From contig KZ538347.1 of assembly GCA_000934665.2 (NCBI GenBank), positions 61,811-81,810 of the forward strand: 20,000 nucleotides of DNA. The letters are read 5' to 3'. The notes beneath the pieces are model-generated. The model did no database searches and was not told where the DNA came from. It was given only the letters and a program-made list of their open reading frames with translations. Numbering within the stretch: position 1 is the stretch's first letter; every line of letters starts with the position of its first letter. The translations under genes were made by a program, and so were the position numbers. Below, piece by piece: positions 11,613 through 20,000 of the stretch. Source of the DNA: Catajapyx aquilonaris (taxonomy: Eukaryota).

Positions 11613-11619
11613 TTTTATA
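11613..11619 (-). promoter_or_regulatory. Candidate TATA box for the F-box-like gene
   Basis: TATAAAA on the minus strand, about 137 nt upstream of ATG 11476, in the gap after the RBR gene. Confidence 0.3.
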
Positions 11620-11706
11620 ATAAAAGCCGGCACCGCTATTTCCAGAGCTAGGGCTGGGCTGGCTGGCTCTGCTGTACAAGCCGCGGGTTTATTCACGTAG
11701 GGCTCC

Positions 11707-12960
11707 TCATTTGAAAGGCAAAGGCCTCACCCACCCACCCACCCTACCCACGCCCTTCTCTTTCAATCGCCGCTTAAAACGCTTTGCATAGAAATCAGTT
11801 TGTTCTGGGTGATGAGACCCACCGGATTGCCCGGCCCCTGGCTCTGCCTCTGATCCAAGAAGGTGCTGGAGAGAATGGCTCCGGAGCCAGAACATTCGGA
11901 GACTCAACCCGCAGAGGCTCAATTATTGGTCGCTTCAAATGCGTTGCTGAGGATAAGACACACAAGTTTTTTTTCTAAAATGGGAAAAGGCCGTCAGACA
12001 TAAGAAATTAATGTACCGACTGCAGCACCTGTTTCCTGACAAAAATGCGAGCGAATTGCCTACACTTACAGGCAATATGCAGCCGGCTGCGCCTACTTTT
12101 CCAGATGCCGACTCCCTTTTCGCACAGTTTTGTGACTCGACGCTCCAGGGCCTTTCAGTCACCAACTGCAAATAAGCACCCGGGTCCACTGTATTTAAAA
12201 CCCGCTCCCCGAAAATGCGGGAATAAGTACCGCGCCATAAAACGCGTTAATGCGACGTGCAAAAGCGCCATGTAGAGTTTTAAGATCCAAGCAATCTTTG
12301 GATGTGTGTGTGTGCTTGCTGCTGTTGCTGCCTGGGAGAGGGGGGGTTGTTTTCCACATGAAAACCCAACCCTGTGTAAAAAATACATCTCTGGGCAACA
12401 AACTGCGAGGCTGCAGTCCACACTGTGCAGCATTAATAATCGTTCCAAATGGAGGCTTGCCTGCCACGATCTCAAATCCCCCGTGCATAAACTTTGTCAT
12501 TCCATTATTTGACGCCGGGAATATAAACCTGGGGCAACGCTGCCGCCGCTGCTTTGGCTCCGAGCCCCCTGCTCTAGCAAATGATCCCAAATCTCCTGCA
12601 ATCTGCAGAGTGCAATATCGCCCGCAGCATCCAGAAACCCTCCCTCCTCTCTGGACCACCCCCCCGCCCCTCTCTCTCTCCAAAAGGCAGGCTTCCTCTC
12701 ACTGGCTTAGGACTCGTCCTGCTAAAACCTCACTTGGAGATAAATTCTCTAACCACGCAGCTGCAGCTCTTCTGCAAGCCACAGTCCTTCTGAAGGTGCT
12801 GCTGGAATAGTAGAGAAGGCAGCAGAAGCATTCCCCAGGCCTGTAAAGCTAAACAAGCCCCAAAATAACACCTTCCCTTTCCTTGCCTTTTGCCTTCGAC
12901 ATCCACCTCACCATTTTATTTTATACTGCCAAAAAAAGTGTTTCTGCTCCGGGAAACTTT
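11707..12960 (-). pseudogene. Frame-disrupted RBR-type (RING1-IBR-RING2) E3 ubiquitin ligase, fungal IBR-domain family
   Basis: Motifs occur in the expected order across frames. MSKAKGKEREGVI/ACLALQAW (12902-12835) resembles the KGKQREG..DAxLALQ N-terminal motif of fungal IBR proteins. RING1 is garbled: Q*EEACL (about 12700) and FLDAAGDIAL (12637-12608). IBR reads DKVY[C] (about 12495), then C-G-x-C-SLAV-C-C-P-R-C..H-RVGFS-C (12422-12356). RING2 reads DPGAYLQLVTERPW..NC..AGC/HIACKCRQF (12189-12053), matching GCxHxxCxCxxxFC. Several frameshifts are needed and the ends are approximate. Confidence 0.55.
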
Positions 12961-15956
12961 GTAGCTGAATTATGCTAATGTTATGGCGTAAAGGAGCGAT
13001 TGGCGACTTGCCATTGGCTGATTCTCGCCTCCTGCAACTTTGTCTCTCTCCTCTTCCCCCCCTGTACTTTCATCTCCCAGCAGAAATACAGCTATAATTG
13101 CTCTTAAATTCCATTACCAGACTACTAACTTGTTCCATTCCTTCCGACCGTTTATTTTTAGTATTTCGTGCTTTGCTATTTTTCGTTCCTGTGGGGGCGT
13201 TAAAAGCTAAACATGTCTTGGTTGGAAATTGGAATTCGTAAAATTGCAATCTCTGAGTTGTGTACCTCATTAGGTACCAGATTGGAGTCCAAGGAGGACC
13301 CAGATTTGTAGATTCGTGGCTTTTTCCCAATCCTCTGAATAAACCACTTGCCCGGATTTGAGTCCACTCGTTCAAAGCCTGGGGATGGGGGAACTGTGGG
13401 CACTGGCCACTTTCCGTAGCCATCGGCTTGTCATATCCTAAGGCTTCCGACAAGCAGAATATACACGCAAACAGCAGTGGGTGGGCCAGCCAGTTGGTAG
13501 GGAGGAGAGAGAAGAAAGAAGAAGAAAAAAACTTCCAATCTCCAAGCCCTTGTCGAAGGCAAACAACTTCTCTTCGGGGGCGGCAAGACCCATGAATCTT
13601 CTGTCACGAGGCCCGCATTTAAAATACAACATGGAGCGGAAAATACGACCCACTCCACGTCCGATTGAAGGGCTCCCAAATGGAAATATCGCCCCAAATC
13701 TATCAACTCCCTCCTTTTGTTAATAGGGCTTGGCCAAGAGATGAGATAAGGTTGAATGTGTGTGAATATATATATGAAATGAAGAATATATTCGTTCTCC
13801 TTCCGTTAAAAAAAGGGGATGGCTTCTTGCTACGAGTTGTATTGAAAGAAGTGAAGATGGCTGTGACTTCCCCCCACCAAGATTTTCGTTTTCGTTGCCA
13901 GCGCACTTCAACAAGTTCAGAACCGATCTCATTTTTTACCGCGCCCGGTTTTTGTGGTCGGCTTGGAGGAAATTTATGGGGCTGTATAGGAAACGGATGA
14001 GCAGAGAGGACACCCACAATAAAGTCGCTGCGACCTCTATTCGGCGCACATAATTATCGCTCCCGTCCTTCGTGACAGTCGTTCGGAAATACATTTTCAA
14101 TGCCCACCCCCAGCTAACATGGGTGGGATGGGAGGGCGAAAAAAAAAATCTGCCATCCCGTTTATTGATTTAGGTTCGATGCATACCGAGTAAAAATGGT
14201 GGTGGAAGAGTGGGCTTAATAAAGTCATAATTTTTCATGCGAGCATTTGGGCGTGCCGGACCCAATTGCATGCCGAATTGTGGTGTTAGTGCAAGAATGT
14301 GCTATAGTGTGTGCCCCCCACTCGCGTTATCGATAGTCCGCAGCTATTGGATTATGTTTGCCTGCCGCGTTTATTCGGTTGAATCTGATCATTTTAGCAC
14401 TACACGTGACAATTTGATTGATTCGGTTCGTTAAGGCATTTCCATCCCCCCCAGACCCCTCCTATCCCCCACAAAAAAATATGTACAGCTAGTTTTTTCG
14501 ACACAGGTGACATCCAAGGTGGCTAATCACCCGTTGCATAACCTTTTCCTCACTTGGCTGCCTTGATGAAAACGTCCCAATCCCTTCGGCCCCAACCCTA
14601 ATTAAAACAAAAGCCATAAGGCCACGGTAACACGCCAGAACCCCCCTCTATACCGCCAACCCCCACGTCGCATTATCATTACCGGATTATAGCTTTCAAT
14701 TTCCAAATCGGCGTTTGAATGAGGGCGTGCACTTTAGCGCATCAGTGAAATATGGGCGCTTGTTTTTGCAGGTTGGCGCACGTGTTGATTAAAAAATAGT
14801 TTGAGGGGGGGGGGGAGGTGTGTGACACGTCCCATCCACTGTTCATTTCACTGCGGTTTGGGCTTAATCTCTCGCCCCCAACCTGTTGGGTTTTTGTCCC
14901 CACCCCTGCAGGCTTATGGAATACAACCGGATTTACATTGCGGGGGAAAAAAATCTAGAGGCGCACGCTTCCCGGGAACTCCGGGCAAAAAAAAAAAAAA
15001 ACAGGGCTGTCGTTACCTGAGCCATAACAGCTGGGGGTTCAATCGGCGCTGATTGCATCCGGAAAATATGTCAGCCCTTGCTTCCATATCGATTGCTTAT
15101 CTCTTGTGCGAGCAAAAACATTGGTCGTTTTGTAAGTAGGGAAATACACCAAAAAGCGAGCTCGCCTTTTCCATGGCGGCGCATCATCCGTTTTATCATG
15201 ATCATAAGCTAATTTCCTGGCAAGGCTGCTCCTTTTGCAATTCCATCTCACAAACGTAACTCAAAACGAATCGGCTGAAAAGCAGGCTGCTGGGAAGCAT
15301 TCACCGCGCGGCTAAATAGGCCCCTACCTGGCAACCAGATCGAAAACAACTCGGGTAACAAAAACCTCCCCCTCTCGACTCTCTCAGCATCCCAAAAGAG
15401 CACCTGAAATCATAATCAGCGCAGTTACTCCGTAACACATTATAAACAAGGGGCGATTACGCTTAGTTTGACACAAGCCAATATTAAGACTAACGTCTCT
15501 CAGCTTTCAGGCTGGATTTATCGCGAACTTCCTCCCCGAAGCTCTCAATTTCGACGACGTGGAAAGCTAATTTCACGGAGTTACTCCTAAAATCCATGCG
15601 ATCAAGCAGGTAAGGCAAAGTTGGAGGCCTGGAAGGTTTTGGTTCGAAGAGAGAGAGAGAGGGAGAGAGAAGCCCTCCTTTTCCGTCCTGCCAGTCTCTC
15701 CAAAGAAGCCTGGGAAAGCTATCCTTCCCCTAGTAGACTCCGCCTCTTGTTTCAAAACCCACATGCATAGCAAACTAGCGGACTGAGTAATGTAAACCCT
15801 CAAGTCTGCTGGCCATCACCCTTCCGCACCAAGTGACTTGAGAGTATTTCCCCCCCGCAGCCTGCGGCCAGCCTACGTCCACCTTTGGGAGAGATGACAG
15901 GTGCCAACCCCCTTACCCCACTCTCATACAAACCCTCAACGTTAACTTTGCAGACT

Positions 15957-17433
15957 TCAAGTGAGAGAAAGTGCTGCATCAAATCGATGATGCGCCATCT
16001 CTGAATTGGAGTCAAACTTTGTTATTTTTTCCGGGTGCACTTTTGGGCTTTCTTTTTCTTCCCAAGGAAGCGGACCGTCATCTCTTTCTGTATATATAAA
16101 AATGGTGGTTACAAGAATGGAAGAGCGTTGAGGGGATGAAGGAAAGCACGCAAATCCCCCCCAGCAGGGGTTGCGCATGCCGAGCATTCCGGCACGCTTA
16201 CCCTCAGCAGGATGGGAGAGGAAGAAAAAAAAAGCCTCCACAAAAACTACCAAAAATATCCTTTCGGAAAAAGAGCGCCTTGGCCATCAAACAAAAAAGG
16301 GGGACGTCAATAATCCTGATCGGACACGCTCCCCGCTACGACCAGCTGACAAATCGATGTGTCTTTTGGGCACCTGCGACAAAGGCCTATCGACAATTCC
16401 TGCCTGTCACCACTCCAAGGCCGGGGTCGAGCACTTGAGAACTAATTATCTGCAAAAATTGCGACTCAAAATTGGTAAACACTCGACCCTCCCCCACATA
16501 ATTGCATCCTGATCTATACTCGCCCTCTGACCCCCTGAGAGCCGCGAAAGGATAACACGGTGGGTTAGTAGCAGTGTCCTCCTAGAGCGGATTACACCCA
16601 TTAAACTGGGAGTCAACAAGACGCACTTGGCCTGAATACTATTAGGCGCCAACCCTGCTGGAGGGAGATGACATGTAATAGGCAGCGAATAGCCCAACAC
16701 ATCCTCCTTTCCAGCACAGGCCCTTTTCCCAGACATCAACACCATTATGGTGCCTTCTCACTGTGTGCTCCTCCTTAGGAATGGGCCGTGTTTATGGCCA
16801 GTGTTGCAACATTCCGCACTTTGCCAGCAAGGCGACAACCTTTTCATGCCATGGATCCACCGCCGGATACACATTTTTTTTGGGTGCGTGGCCGTACTGC
16901 TTTGAAACGTGAGCAAACAGAAGCGACGAATCCCCGTGTGTATGCAAACCCCTTGGCCAACACCACCACCGTAGTAAGCAGCAGCGACTATAACTACGGA
17001 AGCAAAAGCCTTCTCTTTATACAGACCCCCTCTTTTGCATGGGCAGCATGGAAATTAGAGACTAGAGACACAGTTTCCTCGCCTGTGCAAACCTTTGCAA
17101 GAGCAGTGCCCGAGGCAAATGGACGCTTTTGTGCACCAGTTTTGTTGCTTTCCACCTGGTTACTCCAGTCATGCTCGGCGCTAATTGTAAAATTAAGATA
17201 CACACTTCCGGCTTTCATCGCTCCATACCACAACGCTCGCCTAATTTTCAACTCGACGCGTCTCTGACAGGAATCGATTTTTTTCTCCTCTCTCTCCCCT
17301 CCCTACAAAACGCGATTCGGAGGCGGTTATCCACGAAAATTGTCCCAGTTCCAGGGGATGAGAGGCAGAAGACGGGGTGCAGAAATCTGCAGGGTCGCGA
17401 TATTGGCTGCTGTACCTCCAGCCCCAAAATCAC
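15957..17433 (-). pseudogene. Frame-disrupted probable trypsin-like (Trypsin_2-type) serine peptidase domain protein
   Basis: Ordered motifs across frames: AFASVVIV..GGVGQGVCI (about 17010-16941); LLFAHV (His motif, FAHV at 16917-16906); IQAKCVL/VDSQF (16637-16603, the region of the catalytic Asp); YPFAAL (16554-16537); VVTGR; and a garbled GALF..IFGSFCGG (about 16285-16234) where GxSGG is expected. The catalytic Ser and Asp are not cleanly readable. Ends are approximate. Confidence 0.38.
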
Positions 17434-19052
17434 GACTTCCCCACCCCCGTCTCAGGAATTCCAACTAATAATGCGAGCAATTCAATAAATAACTCCCAAA
17501 AAAGCGCTTGCGATCATAACTTGCAGAACACGCGGCATGAATAAGCCGTTCACATATGGCGCATGCAGATGGTAATATTCTTATAAAATATGGCAATATT
17601 ACGAAAGCGCTCGTGATATAACTCGATTGGTTGATTTTTAATCGCAATCTTACATATATAAAGCAGAATGTTTGTTGGTATTTATGTATGTCACGGCTAC
17701 CTAACCCACTTTTAGAGTGCCGAGAGTCCTGAAACTTGGTATACTGGCACGTGCCGCTGATTCAGTGAAAAGTCCGAAAACTACACTTTTTTAAAAAAGT
17801 CTAAATATCAAAAATTTAGTTTTTTTTCTCAATCTGCTACAATTTTTATCAATCATTGTGCAAAGAACGAGTCATCCAATTTTTGCAGCTTCAAGGCTAC
17901 AGTGTCTGCAATCCGAATTAACTTCCTTTGTGACTGCTAACCCGCATCATACACTCCCTTTTTTTCCCCCTTCCCTCAAACCCTCATTCCTCCCATTTTT
18001 CTTTTTACCAGTGTTGTTTCGAGCCCTCAGGTGGGGTGGGGAGAGCAGCAAGTCTGAATTCCCGGCGTGACATGGCTGGAAAGGCGGGCTAATCATCCAA
18101 GCCAAGGCCACGGTCGGCAGGTTGCCACATTTACACAACAGGTAACACAGGTAAGGGGAAAAAAAAAGAAATAAAGGGGACTCTCCCCCCCTTAGAGCCT
18201 CTCGCTCACACGGCCTGCATTTTTCTTTTTTTCTTTTCCTTCCCTCGCACTCTTCCTTTGTGCTGCATGAGAAAACCTTCCACGTATATGAAAAGTTGCA
18301 GGTGCGGCCTGAATGGCCGGGGCCATACGGGGTCTTTTGCCTCTGTTGGGAACACACCCAAGTCCAACTGGGACCATGGCCCGAACCCCTCTTTTTCGGG
18401 ACCCCCATTGACGCAATATTACCGCAGAGATGACCGGCAGGGAGTCGTATCAACGGTTTCGGTTTTCAAGTCCCAAAAAGTGCGCTTGCTTCATGATGGA
18501 AGGTCCTTAACCCTGATTATATGCACGTTGCATGATACTGCAGGTGATAATATGGAAGCCGCTAAGCCAAATGCAGAGGGTATTAATATGGCCTTGCAGT
18601 GGTCATTCATCCAGGACTGATTTGCACTTGCGAGTCAAAAATGTGACGGTCGGAGCAAGGGAGTAACCACTGTACTGCATCGGCACGTAACCACGTTATC
18701 ATGAAAATTGGTCCGTCGCAATCGTAAACTGCACGAGTATGAAACTAAATAAGTAGTGACAAGCCTGCTGTCTGCGGCTTTTCAGGCTGATCAACCACAG
18801 ACGGTACAAATTACTGTGTGCATTAGCAAGTGGCCTTGGGCAATAGCCATGTACTTGTAGTCTGTTGTCCCAAGGTTGTGGCAGCGTATTTTCAGAGTCA
18901 GTTAACAACACATCACGGATAACAAATTGCTATGATGTCTCAATTTCCAGGTACTGTTTAAATAGCTTCGTAGGCCCATTAAAAAAGACTACCAATTTTT
19001 GTTTTACAAGTCCTGATCGTGTTAATATGATTTAGCCAGTAATACTCTCTAA

Positions 19053-19171
19053 GGCCCGATTTCTCGAACAGTGGTTCAAATATAAATCCGATTCAAGTCT
19101 GGTCTCTGAACTGGGATTAAACCGGACTTGAACCGGGTTTACATTTGAATCCCTGCTCGAGGAATCGGACC
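19053..19171. mobile_element. 119-bp foldback MITE-like element (PIF/Harbinger, Tourist-like) with TAA target-site duplication
   Basis: The arm at 19053-19105 aligns ungapped to the reverse complement of 19119-19171: 53 bp, 10 mismatches, 9 of them transitions, with a 13-nt spacer CTGAACTGGGATT. It is flanked by TAA at 19050-19052 and TAA at 19172-19174, and the termini are GGCCCG...CGGACC. A 3-bp TAA/TTA TSD with GG-starting TIRs is the established PIF/Harbinger/Tourist signature. It lies in an AT-rich intergenic stretch. Confidence 0.72.
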
Positions 19172-19711
19172 TAAATAGTTTTGAATGCCTATTATTAACT
19201 ATTGTTATAGCAGAATTCAACTACTAATTTCTCCGTAGACTTTTAACTAAAATTGACGAAATTATTACTAAATAATTTAATAATTCGGTTAACTGAGAAA
19301 AAATATATACACTCATAAAATCTGGACACCATTGCAATTGCACAAATAGTCAAATCCATTAAAACTGATCATAAAACGGGCTAAAATAATTTATGGAGTA
19401 ACCTCAACCGTGCCAGGACCAACATCAGCGTTTTGTGCAGCAAATAAAATCAATGATCGGCGCTTGACATTCGAGCACGTTTCCAAAAAAAAAATGAGGA
19501 ATTAAAAAAAAAAAAAACATTTTACGTCAAGATTCCGGACAACCGGACACAAACCAAGACGCATCATCTCCATTCCTCCCAAGGCCCCCCCATCCCCGAA
19601 AAGAATGACCAGATAGCAACAAAAAAAATAATCTGGAACTCAATTCCACCATGGGATGACATCCCCCCCAAAATGATAATTTCCTCCTCCCCTCCCCATC
19701 CCATCCTGAAT

Positions 19712-19810
19712 CGACGGATTTCCTGCGTTTGTCTCCGTCCACGTCAACGGCACTCAATTGGCCTGCAGGAACGTGCGGTCAACTGCACCGAGTTCAAGGG
19801 CGGGAAAAGC
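19712..19810 (+). pseudogene. Possible degraded Zn(II)2Cys6 (GAL4-type) DNA-binding domain; the gene may continue past the window end
   Basis: RRISCVCLRPRQRHS../PAGTCG/NCTEFKGGKS followed by a basic stretch. The spacing C-x2-[L]-x6-[S]..C-x2-C-x7-[S] fits the binuclear cluster, but three Cys are substituted and two frameshifts are needed. Confidence 0.25.
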
Positions 19811-20000
19811 GGCTCCGGCTCAAGAAAGAAAAAAGAAGAAGAAGACGCGCCTTTTCGCAAGTCGCCTTTGAATCATCCGCAGACATAAAAACGGGCGGGC
19901 GACAGACAAGTGCCCCCGTCCTCCAGTAAGGACCAAAAATTGAGCGAACGTGTGTTGGAATCTTATACCTTCGTCGTGATCAGTATTCATATTCGGTTTT

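Noticed and set aside
9014..12810. Longest listed + strand ORFs (9014..9670, 11019..11651, 12250..12810) as real genes
   Set aside because: Their composition is driven by low-complexity runs, and they lie antisense to better-supported minus-strand coding remnants.
13720..13932. F-box-like reading SSLLSIQLVARS
   Set aside because: The surrounding DNA (TATATATA, CT/CA-rich) looks like promoter or 5' UTR. The downstream block 13070-13706 may be coding, but I cannot identify it.
14170..14185. B-box-like GGTTCGATGC
   Set aside because: No A-box at a suitable distance and no T-stem pairing.
17190..17251. Adenylation (AMP-binding) domain from LWYGAMKAGSVY
   Set aside because: It is a single short motif with no YTSGSTG or other core motifs, and the downstream sequence fits a trypsin-like fold better.
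17785..17800. Perfect 16-bp palindrome ACTTTTTTAAAAAAGT and short AT-rich hairpins at 7201-7220 and 19257-19287
   Set aside because: Low complexity and expected by chance in a run-rich sequence.
18085..18335. DUF2235/Tle1-like hydrolase from VW-PG-HS and LAWMI
   Set aside because: The motifs need frameshifts, lie about 80 codons apart (too far), and no upstream GFSRG motif was seen.
360..18762. Recurrent TGTCAC/GTGACA hexamer
   Set aside because: Roughly twice the random expectation by hand count, scattered through coding and non-coding DNA, and not convincing after multiple testing.
1..20000. Alternative genetic code, stop readthrough or A-to-I editing as the explanation for in-frame stops
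   Set aside because: TGA, TAA and TAG all interrupt frames, and frameshifts are frequent. Recoding or editing cannot repair indels or the TTC-for-TGC changes.
1..20000. Classical RIP as the cause of gene decay
   Set aside because: The coding blocks are not visibly AT-rich or TpA-rich, and the inferred lesions are largely indels and transversions.
1..20000. CRISPR array, rRNA, prokaryotic operon, transposase or reverse transcriptase
   Set aside because: I saw no regularly spaced repeats, rRNA-like sequence, operon structure or DDE/RT motifs. The signals are eukaryotic.

Overview
Eukaryotic genomic DNA that looks like a filamentous ascomycete: about 50% GC, short GT-AG introns with CTRAC-like branch sites, and gene-sized coding-like blocks every 1-2 kb. 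I found no intact CDS. Every coding block is broken by frameshifts and in-frame stops, and homopolymer or purine/pyrimidine runs are inflated, with one N at 6138. None of the supplied ORFs is therefore a whole protein. Stitching frames by eye recovers degraded remnants of two divergently oriented PHD-finger genes, an RBR (RING-IBR-RING) E3 ligase, one or two F-box-like genes, a trypsin-like peptidase and possibly a Zn(II)2Cys6 factor. Two non-coding elements are directly visible: a 119-bp foldback element with a TAA target-site duplication and GG..CC ends (PIF/Harbinger/Tourist-like MITE, 19053-19171), and a tRNA-like element that lacks its anticodon arm (5523-5584). The window-wide damage is most simply a low-accuracy sequence or assembly; genuine mass decay is the alternative and needs read-level checking. 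All protein calls come from motif recognition by eye, not database searches, and gene boundaries are approximate.
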